Shown piece after piece: positions 13,301 through 26,939 of a DNA stretch of 64,000 nucleotides. Source of the stretch: Macrostomum hystrix (taxonomy: Eukaryota; Animalia; Platyhelminthes); the NCBI GenBank assembly GCA_950097015.1, contig CATNEN010000012.1, forward strand, positions 2,852,001-2,916,000, in the 5' to 3' direction. The translations under genes and the position numbers were made by a program. A model generated the notes under the pieces. That model was not told where the DNA came from. It was given only the letters and a program-made list of their open reading frames with translations, and ran no database searches. How positions within the stretch are numbered: the first letter of the stretch is position 1; every line of letters begins with the position of its first letter.

Positions 13301-14384
13301 TATTCAATGTTACTTTTATTTTTAAATCGAAAGAAAAAACTGAATATTGTTATTTAGATCCAATTTGCTCATGCGCAAATACTCATATTTTCAACTTCTA
13401 TATTTGGGTTGGTAGTTTCAAGGCTTCTAGAGAAGGCTTCATTGTTTAAGAGCTTCGTTATGTACAGACATGACAGTAGTTCAGTCTCTGAGCTAGTCAT
13501 TGTAGGCTATTATTTATATCAGCGCACACATTCAAACAAATATTATTAGAACAGGCCATCAATTTCAACAGTCGCCGGGGCAGATTAAAAAATAACAGAT
13601 TAAAGTCCCGGTTCGTCAAGGATTATAGTATTGGATCAATAGAAAAAAATCAATTAAAAATTTACAAATTATTGTTTAAAAAATTGTTTTTTTAATTACT
13701 GTGTTTTAACAAAGTGTCATTTTAGCATCTAGATAAGTTTCGGATTTGGATTAAAACTGTGAACTAAGAAAATTTAACTTCAATTGTGTAGACTTTATTC
13801 GTCAGAAAAATAGATTTTGTACAATAAAATTTGACCAAATTATCCAAATTAACAATTAACAATGGCTTTGTTTAACAAAAGCGAAGGCAGAGAAGAGTAT
13901 AAGGCCTATTAGACTATTCTTTTAATAATCTCTGTTTAGAAAAATTTAAGACAAGCTTGCAGCAATCAGATCTAGCAGAGAGTTACAGAAAAAGAACATT
14001 GCCATTTAGGGAGAGCTGTTGCTAGGTTCAGGCTGTTTCAGAAGGAATGGTTCAAAAATTTGAAACACTAAAAAAGGACAAAAGAAAAACTAGAAGCTGC
14101 TTGACAAATGATGACACAACTAATGCTTCACCTAGGAACTTTTAGTTTGTAGATGACAACAAGAACAGTATTATATAAGCTAACAAAAGAAATGCAACAA
14201 CAGCAACAATAACACTGAAAAGAAGCGAGCGCGGAAATAAGATAACAAATATACTATCCAGTTTTGTGTTAATGAATTAGCCATGATTTTGTGAAAGTTT
14301 CCTCTTAGCAATCAGTCAGTCTATAGTTCAGGGTTCCATTTTTGAGGACGGGGTCTGTCAAAGCTCTGTCAGCACTCATACAGC

Positions 14385-16017
14385 TCAGTGCTCGGCTACA
14401 TCGGCATCGGCTTCGGCCACTTCTCCGTCTTCGTCGTTGTAGTCTTCGTTGTTGACTTCGCCATCCTCATCTGCGTCGTCAGCCGCGGCGGCTGCGTCCT
14501 CTTCCATGATGTCGTAGGGCTCCTGGCAGCGGAACTCGATGCTGTCCCGGCTGTCCAGGCTATTATCCGTGACGATGGAGTTGAGGATGGAGTTCAGGTC
14601 CGTCGCCAGTTCGCTGCCGAAGCAGGCGCCGGAGCGCCAGTGGGTCTTGAGGCCGCTGGCGCTGATGTACTTCTTGCAGCACTTCGGACACTCGAAGGGT
14701 CGCTCGTTGGTGTGCAGCCGCTTGTGCAGCTTCAAATGGACGAACTGGGTGAACTTGGCAGGGCAGATCTTGCAACTGAATGGCTTCTCGCCGCTGTGCA
14801 GTCGCATGTGGGTCTTCAAGTTGCTGGTGCTGCTGAACCGTTTGTGGCACACGTAGCAGGCGTGCGGCTTCTCGCCAGTGTGCACCAGGTTGTGCTTCTG
14901 CAGGTGGGCCAGCTGGGTGAAGCCCTTGTCGCACAGCTCGCATTTAAATGGCCTCTCGCCGGTGTGAGTGCGCAGGTGCACCTTCAGATTGGACAGCTGG
15001 CCGAAGCTCTTGAAGCAGACGTTGCACTCGTAGTGCATCTTGCCGTCCTTCTTGCGCAGCGGATAGGGCAGAGCGTGGCTGCCCCGACAGCCGCCGCCGC
15101 CTCCCGCTGAACTGTCCTCTGCGTTGGACGCAGAATCGCTAACAATCTCGCGGCGCCGTTGTCGGGGCCGACTGATGATCGGCGGGGACGACTCTTCGTG
15201 CTGTAGCTGCAGACCGGGAGGAGGCAGCGTCGGCGGAGCCCCAGACGATGCCGATGATGTGGACGCTGCGGCTCTTGGCGGACTGGACAGGACGGGGCGG
15301 CGGTGCGGGCTGTCGCCGTGCGCGGGAGGCGGTGGCAGATGCGGCGCTGGGATTGAATTCGCCAGCGAATGCGGCAACAGCGGCAGCGGCAGATGCGGAG
15401 GCGGCGGCGGCGGATGTGAAGGCGGACCCGGCGGCATCGGCGGCGCTTGCTGATTCGTTCGCGTCAAGCCGGTTGGCGTTGGAGGCGGCGGAAAGAACGG
15501 AAAGTTGAGGAGGCCCATGCTGGCGTACAGCTGGGACAGCAGCGGCAACGTCAGCGGCAGCGGCGGCCGCCCGCACGGGAACAGCGCCGCCGGGTCAGGG
15601 AAGTGCCTCGGCGGAAACTGAGGTGGTGGCGGCGGCGGCGGCGGCTGCGCAGGCTGCGGGTGTCCAGGCGGATGGCCGAACTCGCGGCAGTGCTCAGCCG
15701 CTGCCGCCGCCACTGCAGCTGCGGCAGTTGCCTGGAACAGCGGCGAATGTTGGCCTCCGAACATCGGCTGCTGCTGCTGATGCTGCTGATGATGATTTTG
15801 TGAATTCAACTCGCCGTATGGCCAGTTCAGCATGGCTTTGTGCGGTGGCAGGTGAGGCGGCATCGGCGGCCGCGGAAGTGACAGCGGAGATCTATGATGG
15901 TGCAGGGGGTGATGATACAGCGGCAGAGAAGAAGGCGCGAAGTTCGCTGCGGCAGCCGAAAGTGCCGATGCTAAGCTCGGATCGTTCGTCAGACGTTCTA
16001 TTGAGAATGGCAGTGCC

Positions 16018-16050
<33 letters not shown>

Positions 16051-19000
16051 GGCTCCTGCTTGATGCTGCTGGCTTGTTGTTGCTGTTTTGTTGCAAGTCT
16101 GTCAGCTCGTTGACCATGCGAGTCTGCTGAATGGATAAATCGATACAAAATTCTCATTTGTGCATTGCAGTCGCATTGTCTCTACTTTAACAAAGACCAG
16201 GTAATAAAATCCGGTTTAGCCCCGTCTCTGCTTTGTTATTCTACTCAAACGGATAGGGGGAATCCAGCTGAGCTTTATCTCAAATATGAAATCATCCGTA
16301 CCCCCCGTCCGCCGCCTCCGCCTCGGTGTTATCTGATGCAGACGGCTGTCTCATCTCGGAACAATGGGATCCGATAGGAGGGAAGTTTACAAAAGAAGGG
16401 GCCGTTTTGCAAAGAACCGAAGATTCTGCGTGATTCTGCGATGTTCAATTTTTGTTATCCCTATACTATTGATCCCTATCTAAGTTATCCCAACCAAAGT
16501 TATTCCAAATGTGAGTTATCCTTATCAAGCAATCCCTCTGTGATAATTCGCAGTCGAATCCCAAATCCTCACCCTCCAGGTTCAGGCGTCGCGCGTCGGA
16601 GTTCAGCAGCAGCTGCAGATCGGCGCCGTACCAGGCCACCAGCTCCATGTCGCAGGCCACAGTGTCGATGGTGTAAAAGTACAAGTCATCGCCGCGCATG
16701 GAGGCCACCAAATTGTAGTCTGTGGGCGATTGGCGCACGCAGGCCAACCAGTTGCACCGTCTCGGTGAGGTCACGTCGTAGTAGCTGACGTCACCCGACC
16801 CCGGACTGTACTGCTGCTGCTGAGGTGAGCTGCCTGACCGGAGTACCCTCCAGCACCTGTCCGTAGCAACCGTTACTATGGGCGCTTTCAGCGGACCGAA
16901 TCTGGTGCCTTTAGGAATTGCGTCGCGACTCCAAACAGTTGCGGCCTGAGGATTTAGAGGACAAAGAATTTTTTTTGGTTTTTTACCTCGTAGTTACTGA
17001 ATTCTACTGATCGGTCTGCCCGCATCCGCATATACCCTGGTCTCCGAGGATATTACACAATATCCTATTCTCAACTAAATGCGCCTAGTAACTGGGCAAA
17101 ATATTAGAATGCGTGCAAATAAGGAATGCTGATTTATGTTCGATGCCACCAAAAATCTGTTCCGACATTGCTGCGAAGCAGCTAATGTTAAGTGGCCCAC
17201 AAGCACTGAACCGGATGAGCACACGGATGCTCACGGAATGGCAGCAAAATGCGTGACAAGGCAGTGAGAGAAAGCATCACCGATGGGGCACAATGACCAT
17301 AGCTTTTTTAGTAGACTGGTGGGACTAATTTTTGGGATATTTCATCTCATCTTCTCATCCCACTCATTCTTCCTCACTAGCTTCCCGTTTTCTCCCCTCG
17401 GGTTGCTCGCCACTCCAGCCTCGCACTTCCTCCCTCATCTTGCTGTCCCCAAAAATTAATCCCCAATAAACTGAATCAACCCCGGGATTGGGATAATATC
17501 CCACAGCATCATCTGTCACACATCCCCCACCCCGATTGAGTCCACCTTTTTCTCCCCAATAATTTTTGCCTTTCACCTTGACGAGCGAGCTGGCCCCGCA
17601 CGCACTCGGCACTTGAACTTTTAATTAGGATTCGTAACTTTGATTGCGGAATCTAGACTAGCCAAAATTAGTCCCATATATTACGAAATCCCTTCAGGTT
17701 TCGGATAATTATCCAAGTAAAGGCTCGAAATTTTGACACATCCGCCAGTTTTCAACTATTTAGGAGGAACAGTAGAGTGTGATATTGGCCCCGCATTTCT
17801 GTTTGTTTGTGTGTGTTTCCTAGAATCTATCGCTATAACCGTGTTTTGATTGTGCAACCGCAGGATGACGTACTCTTTGTTCAACAGTTTGGCCCCCGAT
17901 TCAATATTGAACAATAAAAATTCCGGAGGCCAATATTAAATCAACGGTTATAGAACTGTAAGACCGTTGGAGTTCAACTTTGATTTCCCAAGCTAAAGGT
18001 CAGTGTTTTCATTTCTCACAGGTATAGCCAGCCCAGACCATCGCCTTATTGGTTATAGAGAAAATTCATTTTAACAGAGGTCAGGAATCTTTAGGGGCTT
18101 ATTTAAATTCATTGCTTTCGGGTGTGTGTGCGAGTGAGTGTTACGAGGGCTATACTAGGTGCCACTAAGCAAACAGAACCAAACCCGGCCCACTTTACTC
18201 ATCATATTAGTGTTTATTCTCTTCTTTCGCTGCCGAGAAGAACAGAAAACACAGCAACGATTTTCTTAGAGGCTGAAACTAAAATCTCATTCAGACAGCA
18301 GTGAAAGCAGTGGCAAAGCGAGAGCTGCTTCTAGGCTTTGAGCACACTGCTGCCAATCCGTTTGAGATTGGTCTCTTAGTGAGATTTTTCTCCTAGAAAA
18401 AGTAACAATAAGTGAGTCGAAGTTGATTGCCTACTCAAATTTGCACAAAAGCTTCTAGTAGCAGCAGCAAATTGGCACAAAGATTTTTCGAACTTGGGCG
18501 CTAAGGCTTCTCAAAGGTTGAGCATACAATGCTTTAGCCTAAGCCCCTGTCTCTAAGCACACACTAGCTAGTTAGGTGTGAGTGTGCAAGTGTTTCGAGC
18601 TGAGCTATCCATTGACTGACAGTGTCTATAAAATAGGTGTGGAAATGAATTTTTGGAATAGCATTTTCACTGTTCGCAGTTACTGCGAGTAAATCATGCG
18701 CTAGGATGCATGCAGTGCTTGAGAAAGAAACTACAGAAGCAAAATGTTGATAGACCTAGCTCATAAAAGGGATCCATCCATACGATGAAAGCTGGGAAGA
18801 AAATTGGTTTTATAAACTAAACAGCAGAAAATTGAGATCCTTGAAGCTGACGAGGATAGATGGAATTGAAGGCTAAAATGAAAAGCCAACTATTGACAAG
18901 TCTTCTGCCCGCCACCTACCCCCGCTGTCCTAGGTCATTTAATCTGCTCCAACGGTTCAAGTATAATGGGCAAACTGGCTTCAACTCTAAACTGTACCCG

Positions 19001-22000
19001 ACCTAACCCGACACACTGGGGGATTTGAAGGCAATGCAAAGATTTCTGACTATATAGCAAACTTGCAGATTGTGGCAATGATTATGACTGACAGAAATGA
19101 CAGTTTTGACTGTCGTAAAACACCACACAATTTGGCAGTGCTTTTGATGAAGAAGGAAATCCAATCTGTTGAAAATTTTCTTGGCATTCTCCTAACTAAT
19201 GACACGCCTGGTCATTCATTGTTTGAATTCGGAGAAAAAACATTATTTTGAATTCAAAATTGTTTTAAATAGCTTCAGTGGTGTCACTTGCCATTGAGTT
19301 TGTCATGTTTTTCTATTTCTAGTGGATAAAAACATGCAGTCAGAACACACAGAATGCCAGATCATTTTGTATTGATGCATTGAAAGTCCTGCATCAGCTG
19401 AGAATGGTAGATTTATGCTAGGCATGATAGAGGCAGCAGACTCTACGCATTCAGGTGTTTTGTTGCAAACGCATTGTTCCCCGTGTCATCTACAAGCCGG
19501 CGGCACTTCAGCCTCCCTGCAGTTTCCCTTATATTCTGTTTCCCATTCTCCGCAATGGATGGAGACACAAAAAACTATCAGCGATCCGTGGCGGCAGTCG
19601 GCCAAACCACCTGGGGGGTGGGAGAAAAATATTAATGGGATTTGAGCTGCGACACTGCCGGAGAGTGTCGCTGTGTTTGAAAGAAATAGAGTAGACAAGA
19701 GGACGCCGTGAAAGAAGACTAATAGAGAGAAGGCGAGGTGTGAAAACGATGAGGAATCTGCCGCAGCAGGCAGGGGAATGACCGGCCGGTGCTTAAAGAC
19801 TTTCCCCTGCCCACTGGCCTGGCAAACTGTGAGCTTCTTCACTCTCCCTGCCTTTGAGTTCTCCTTTTCAAATTCACCTGAATTGTGACCCTAGAGAGCT
19901 CGCTGAAGCGTGTCACTTCGCCCAGACATCCTGGATGCAGTTGTAGTGAGTGGCTGCTCAAAGCCTGGCCAAATGACGTCTGTGCTCAATAATTCTGTAC
20001 TAAATTTGCCAGTCAAAACTTTCAGTGCTGATGGCGGTGAAATTTAAGAATTTTTATCAGAAAATTAGACGGAGGGTCGGTGGCAGAGCGGTTAACGCAT
20101 TTGCCTCTCGCACCAAGGTCCCTGAGCTCGATTCCGCGGCGAGGCCACATTCATTTAGGGCGCGGCCGCGGAGAGAAGGCTTAGGGGCTTGTCGTGCAAT
20201 TTACGCCATTGAGGGCCAACCTGCAAGGCACAGTGAAGTGTACACTGCCTGACGATGAGAAAGTCAGGGCAGATGTACACACCTGTGTGAGCGAGTGCCT
20301 GAGTACAGTATCCGTGTGCGTGTGTGCTCAGGAGCCAGCGAAATGGGCAGAATTGCCTCCTCGCTGGCTGCGGGTCTAGTGTCACCAAATGATGTGCCAC
20401 TGCCCGCAGCCCTCCTGCAATTATTATTACATTATTATCAGACATTTCAGAAAGTTTTGGACAGCGCCACATGTATTTAGTGAGAGTGGATTGAAGTGAT
20501 GGAGACCTTGCAGAAGGGAGAGAAAGCTTTAGCGATTGCTGCTCAGTGGGATGAAATTTGACCGCGGAAACTAAAAAGAAATTCACAAGAGAGAGAGAGA
20601 GAGAAAAACAGAGAGAGAAGCAACGGAGAAACGTTTCTGCGTGCCAATTTCAGGTCTGCCAGCCGGCATTTCAGCAGCCATTCAGTGCCGTGAGAAGGAT
20701 GGCCGCCCCGCTGTGCCACTGCCCGCCATGGCAGCAACGGCAGCAGCAGGAAACTCAGAGACAACAATCAGAATAATTAAGCACTTTCACTTGAGTATCC
20801 AAGAGTAGCTGCGCTTGGTAAGAAGAGCAAAGAAATGGAGAGTTTCAGGGCCATTGTTTGCAGGTCCTACCCACCTACAACTGGTTTCTAAGTTCCCCAA
20901 TTTTGTGATAGAGAAATGTCTACAACAGTGAGCATGCAAATGGATGTTGCATCGGCTGGACAGACACTGAGAACTGCAATTATAGTAGCTGCTTGGCTGC
21001 TGTGTTGGCCGCTAGCATTTCGGGTGATGCAACAATAGTCAAGGTGCATCGAGCATGGCGTATAATTACTATAATAAATCCAGCAAGTATTTTATCAGTA
21101 GTTGGACATCTTTCACTAATAAGGTGTTCTCAGACCGAAGGCATGTGGGCTGCGGTTTTCGCTTGAATTACCAATTTTGATTAACGTAAAGCTATGGTGT
21201 CTGTCAGAATTAAAGAAATTTTTAGAAATGGATTCTAAAACTACAGCTAGAAAGAATTGAAATGCAGTTTCACCAGCCATTCAATTGTTATATATTGTTA
21301 TAGATACGTATCCATATAAATTAGACAGCTAAGAGAATCTGAGAAAGAACAATCGCTATCTGCTTCTTCTGTCACGGCTTTTGCAACTTACATCTAAAGA
21401 AACTTAGAAAATATGCGCGCGGCGCAGCCATATAGTGCGAGAAATTTTAGCCAAATGTGGCAACTTTCAATTCACAAGCGAGCAGTTCTATTCGCACAGA
21501 ATAAACTGGCTCGCTTAGATACACTATAGACTGAATTGAGATTCCTTTCAAGCGGAAAGCAGACAATAAATAAATGAGGTCTCTCTCTCTCTTCTCCACT
21601 ATAGGCGCTGCTTAGGTGGGAAATCTGAGACATTGTGTCGCTTCTAGTGTTAAATGACAACTGAAATCGGCAAGTGGTTGGCTCTGTGCTTGGACAATGG
21701 GAGACAATGTATCTTTTTACATATACAAGCTAGCTAACTATAAAAATTTTCGAAAGCCAGATTTTTTGTTTGTTTAATTATAATCTGAAATATATATGAC
21801 GCGTCGTAAAAATTGTAGTTTTGTATTGTAGAATGCGGCAGAGACGACAATAAGCTTATTCTACTCGTATACTCAACAAGTGAATGTTGTTGAGATTAAT
21901 GCATATTCCTATATAGGATGCGTTTGAGCAAGCCGCAGAAAAACTGACTCATATCAGGTCTGATATCAAACAGCAGGTGGGTACCAGCCTCCCTAACTGC

Positions 22001-22748
22001 AGATAATGATGATGCGGATGAGGATGGGATCATAGGTCAGTTTTGGCACTGTGGGATTTCATTTCCCAGTCAGTTTTTTAAGGCTTACCCAGTGGTGGTA
22101 GAGATGATGGAATGGACCGGCTATTGTTATTCAGCTTTGGGCTTTAATGCGTCACCACCGACTCCTAACAATTTATGATGCGGAGTCAGCAGTGCAAGGC
22201 AACTCCAAGGCAAGTTTAATTGATTGACTATGCGATGAAAATAATATTGATAACGCCGAAAACTAACTGGGTGCGTTGGATTGAGAGAGGCATAGCAACA
22301 ACAATGCTAAAACATTATTGCCATGAGAATGACCTCAAATTTGTTGAAAACAAACCCCAATGCACCCAATTTTCCTCATCTGTTGATAAGGTTATGGGGA
22401 TGAACCTTTTCACACTCTTTGAACTCACCTGCCGGCCATTGATGAAGCATTGCCGCACAGTCAGGTTGCGCGGCAATCCGACAGCATTGGAGGCAGGCGA
22501 TGCCGCCCGATTGTGCACAATGTAGGTGGCCGTCCGCTCCAGCTCTTCGCTAGATGTCGACTCGACCGACGATGCGACGGTGAGGACGGATGCTGGTGGC
22601 GGAGAGGTCGGATGTGTCTTCAGCTGCTTGGACGAAGGCGATGACGTCGAATCGCTAGGACTGCTATCTGGCAGCGACAGTGCTGATTGGGACAGCTGCT
22701 GGTGTTGCTGCTGCTGCTGCTGGGGACTAGACAGCTGTTGCTGGGAGG
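14385..22748 (-). CDS. PRDM1: PR/SET-domain zinc-finger transcription factor Blimp-1/PRDM1. Exons ~22748-22429, 16945-16573 and 16126(or 16123)-14385; first coding exon not located
   Basis: Spliced phases are compatible (0, then 1). [16 protein letters not shown], then [36 protein letters not shown], form the PR domain. Five C2H2 fingers follow [12 protein letters not shown], starting [29 protein letters not shown], the Blimp-1 signature. A Pro/Gln-rich middle region lies between. Confidence 0.95.
20071..20438 (+). mobile_element. tRNA-derived SINE family B, full-length copy in a PRDM1 intron (antisense to the gene)
   Basis: A-box TGGCAGAGCGG and degenerate B-box GAGCTCGATTCC; body shared with 53057-53437 (-) and 54024-54276 (+); (TTA)n-like tail. 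Confidence 0.85.
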
Positions 22749-23479
22749 CTGCGAGGACGGAGGACGTGAAGTTGATTACTTTCAATTTTAAAAGCGAATT
22801 TCTCAAAAATATTTTCTAAGTCTCCAAGTTCAATGCAATATGAGGTAGTTAAACTTTGGTAGCTTAGCTCACAATGTCTGCCAGGATTTGTACAGCACCA
22901 CCGCAGCTGTTGATTCAACTAGCATAACAACCCGAAACCAAACATAGCAAAGCAGTGGAGAAGGCAGGTGTTTAGGTCCTACAGTTCCATTTAGAAAGAT
23001 TGAAAAAAACTTAGAGATCAGTGGAAAGAAACTAAGGAAGAAGTTTATACAAATGGCTCCCATTTTTTATATTTACAGACAAACACAATTGTACATACAT
23101 ACACGAACTAACGGGGAGACACTTTGTGAATTTAACAGCCATAAAAGAATATACAAATAAGAATTGCGTCCCACTGCTTACACTTACAGAGACAGTAAGA
23201 TCCTAGACCGACAACCATTTAGTGAGTGTGTTCGGAGCAACAATATTGTTTGATAATGGAATCTGTTTCAGAGTGAAATATTGCTTCAAATCGCAGCCAT
23301 TTTCTATGTAAATAGTTATTCTAGTCTCTAAAAATTAGATAGATTGCGGCTTCGGTGATAGTGGCGACTATTTAGCCAAATTTCTAATGCTTCTTGAGCA
23401 CACTGCAGGTGGCGCGGCCTGGGGTGGTCGGCCGACTGCTTTCTCCCAACATTTTCTCCCTTTCTCCTCTCTGACCAAG

Positions 23480-23670
23480 CCCGCGCCACCCCCATTGGCT
23501 GGGGCCGGCCCTACTCAGTGACAGTTCTCGCTGCTCATTGGCCAGAGTTTGGCCCCTGCTCGGGAGACTACCCCAGTCTGCTATTCTCACTCTTGATTTC
23601 CTTTGAGCAGGCGGGGGTGGAAGTGTCCGGGTTTTTTGAGTCGGGGCGATTGTCCACCAACGGCCAATCG
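23480..23670 (-). promoter_or_regulatory. Possible PRDM1 promoter-proximal region
   Basis: GC-rich island ~0.7-0.9 kb upstream of the first identified PRDM1 exon, with three CCAAT/ATTGG boxes (23494, 23537, 23664). No transcript evidence. Confidence 0.25.
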
Positions 23671-24952
23671 TTAAGCAAGACCGTTTCTATCATGGAATTA
23701 GATTTTGAGCATTTGCAGTCACCTGTACTTACTACTTGAAGTCGCATGTCACTTTGAAAATCAGTTTTCTTCAGTCTTAGGGCAGACTTTTTATCTACGA
23801 GCAATATTAAAATTGATTAACAATGGCTTTATTTAAAACCGATTTCTTGACTTTGAACTAAATAAATGCCAAATTAGGGATGCTATATTCAGGGTTATAT
23901 TAAAAAAATCAGTGAAACAGCCGCAGGGAAATCTTCCCAAATCCCGAATCCCAATTCCCAATTCTCAAGATCTCGATCTATAGTGAGTCGTGTTCTATTT
24001 GAAGCAAAAAGATTTCCTATTCATCTATCAAACAGTTCCAGGACTTTTTCATTCTCAGATTTATTCCTACATTCCCCCATGAAAGGGTTTTGTGCTCTAG
24101 CTGTGCTCAAACAATTTTCAGTTCCACCATTGTCCTGCCTTGTCAAATACTTTCTTACCCATCACCGAGACCGCTTTAAAATCGCTTAGATTTTTTCCTC
24201 ATTGAATTTCTAGACACCTGCGCCCCCACTCACAAGTGAACAATGGGACAGATCTAGATGCTCACAGATCGAATCGAACCCCACCCGGAACCGAGAGACT
24301 GGGAACGGAGCCATCAATTTCGTTGGGGATTGTGAACACCGTTGCATGCTTCATTGGTGAAAGGCTGGAACTATAATGATCAGTTCAATCCCGAAACGGC
24401 CTTTCACCCGTCGAATTGAGATGCCTCAGTAAGATAGGACTTCAAAAAGAATTTTCAAATTGTTAAGAATAGAGAATTATGACCGTAAAAAATTTGGAAC
24501 ATTTTTGCATTTAAGTTGAACTCATTATGATTGATTTTAAAATTGAGCATAAAAAATACCTGATCGGAACAATGCAAGTGAAGTGATGGAGCTAAGAGTC
24601 ACATTATAAGCTATCTTTTTTCACTGTTATCCCAATTGGGATCTGATAATTTAGAGCTCATTTTGATAGAGAGAAAGAAATGAGCACTTATCAGAATTTG
24701 AATGGATATAGGGCTCTTGTTGTCAACTTGGCAAAATCAGTTTTCTGTTTGACGCGCACTTGTAACCTAGTCTGCATTTCTAGTGGTGCTTTGTTAATTT
24801 GTCATTTCCCCCCTTTTTCAGAACGAAAATTATTAATTGATGTTGATTGTAACTGCAAAATTGTCATAAATTTAAGTCTGCGAACGGCAATACTTTATTC
24901 GTTAAATTCTTGAACTTTAGTGTTGCATTTTTTATTTGCTTGAATTTACGGA

Positions 24953-25650
24953 TATTGCAGCTTTTCGGGTTTATTGCAGTTTCGGGTTTATCACAGTTTC
25001 GGGTTTATTGCAGTTTCAGGTTTATTGCAGTTTCGGGTTTATTGCAGTTTCGAGTTTATCACAGTTTCGGGTTTGTCACAGTTTCGGATTTATCACAGTT
25101 TCGGGTTTATTGCAGTTTCGGGTTTATCACAGTTTCGGGTTTATCACAGTTTCGGGTTTATCACAGTTTCGGGTTTATCACAGTTTCGGGTTTTTCACAG
25201 TTTCGTGTTTATTGCAGTTTCGGGTTTATCACAGTTTCGGGTTTTTCACAGTTTCGGGTTTATTGCAGTTTCGGGTTTATTGCAGTTTCGGGTTTATTGC
25301 AGTTTCGGGTTTATCACAGTTTCGGGTTTTTCACAGTTTCGTGTTTATTGCAGTTTCGGGTTTATCACAGTTTCGGGTTTTTCACAGTTTCGGGTTTATT
25401 GCAGTTTCGGGTTTATTGCAGTTTCGGGTTTATTGCAGTTTCGGGTTTATTGCAGTTTCGGGTTTATTGCAGTTTCGGGTTTATTGCAGTTTCGGGTTTA
25501 TTGCAGTTTCGGGTTTATTGCAGTTTCGGGTTTATTGCAGTTTCGGGTTTATTGCAGTTTCGGGTTTATTGCAGTTTCGGGTTTATTGCAGTTTCGGGTT
25601 TATTGTTGTTTCGGGTTTATTGCAGTTTCGGGTTTATTGCAGTTTCGGGT
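24953..25650. repeat. 17-bp minisatellite (CAGTTTCGGGTTTATTG)
   Basis: About 41 tandem units; left half heterogeneous (TCACAG/TTGCAG), right half homogeneous. Confidence 0.96.
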
Positions 25651-26234
25651 TGTTTAACGCTATCCTACGCTTTCCCACCTTCAGTTCTATGCGGGAGTGC
25701 AAATGTCGCACGCAGCTCTTATCTCTAAGATGTGGTCTCACTGATAACGGGGCCCGATTTCACGGGAGTGAAAGGCCCTTTTATTTCCCCATAATAATTA
25801 TAATCTAGCCAAACTAGCGCCCATTCTATCAAACAGGCCTTGGACAATAATAATAGCTCATAGATTGTTTGACATTATAAAACCATAGTAAGAGACCAGA
25901 GCTATAAGTTCAAAGTGTCCTCACATGTCCGGAGTCAAAACAGATTCTATTTCACTCGCAAAAATATTACTATTTTGTTATATTATGCCATGCTATATTA
26001 AAATAAATGTAGGATTGTTTTGTTTACCGGGGCTTGTCTGCCAAATTGTCTCTGCAGGCAGGTTAAGATTGAAAAGTGCAGAGCACAGTGATATTATTGT
26101 AATCATTATTGATACTATTAGCCTGTTTATCTAGTCTGAATGCTTGCAATGTACTGTACACTTCATGACTCTCAATGGCATCTTCAACGAAATTCGTTCA
26201 ATGCGCTAATTTTAATAAACATTAAAAGCTCCAC

Positions 26235-26939
26235 TGAACTCCCAATATCCTGAAATCCCAAGATCTTGAAATCCCAAGATCCTGAAATCCCAAGATCCTA
26301 AAATCCCAAGATCCTAAAATCCCAATATCATGAAATCCCAAGATCCTGAAATCCCAAGATCTTGAAATCCCAAGATCCTGAAATCCCAATATCCTAAAAT
26401 CCCAAGATCTTAAAATCCCAAGATCCTGAACTCCCAAGATCCTGAAACCCATATATCCTAAAATCCCAAGATCCTGAAATCCCAAGATCCTGAACTCCCA
26501 AGATCCTAGAATCCCAAGATCCTGAAATCCCAAGATCCTGAAATCCCAAGATCCTGAAATCCCAAGATCCTAAAATCCCAATATCCTGAACTCCCGAAAT
26601 CCTGCAATCCCAAGATCTTGAAATCCCAAGATCATGAAATCCCAAGATCCTAAAATCCAAAGATCCTAAAATCCCAAGATCCTAAAATCCCAAGATCCTA
26701 AAATCCCAAGATCCTGCAATCCCAATATCCTAAAATCCCAAGATCCTGAACTCCCAAGATTCTGAACTGCCAAGATCCTGAACTCCCAAGATCCTGAACT
26801 CCCAAGATCCTAAAATCCCAAGATCCTAAAATCCCAAGATCCTGAACTCCCAAGATCCTGAACTCCCAAGATCCTGAAATCCCAATATCATGAAATCCCA
26901 ATATCATGAAATCCCAAGATCCTGACATCCCAAGATCCA
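26235..26939. repeat. 16-bp minisatellite (AATCCCAAGATCCTGA)
   Basis: About 44 tandem units. Confidence 0.96.

Noticed and set aside
14388-16063. + strand ORFs overlapping the PRDM1 exon
   Set aside because: Antisense shadows of GC-rich coding sequence.
20238-20280. CTGACGA...GAAA-GTC in SINE B, resembling a hammerhead ribozyme core (precedent: schistosome Sm-alpha)
   Set aside because: Only 3 nt separate CUGANGA and GAAA, so there is no stem II or III. The region folds as a simple hairpin, and the 53-kb copy has CTGACAA.
20355-20368. GCCTCCTCGCTGGC, identical to the P3/L3 segment of the genomic HDV ribozyme as I recall it
   Set aside because: No GG for P1.1 after the would-be P1 3' strand, no convincing J4/2 or P2, and the sequence is sequestered in alternative hairpins. 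An Rfam HDV covariance-model search would settle it.
24356-24408. 10-bp inverted repeat GGTGAAAGGC/GCCTTTCACC; the - strand also reads TGERPF like a zinc-finger linker
   Set aside because: No hammerhead core, and a stop follows the peptide immediately with no Cys/His pattern.
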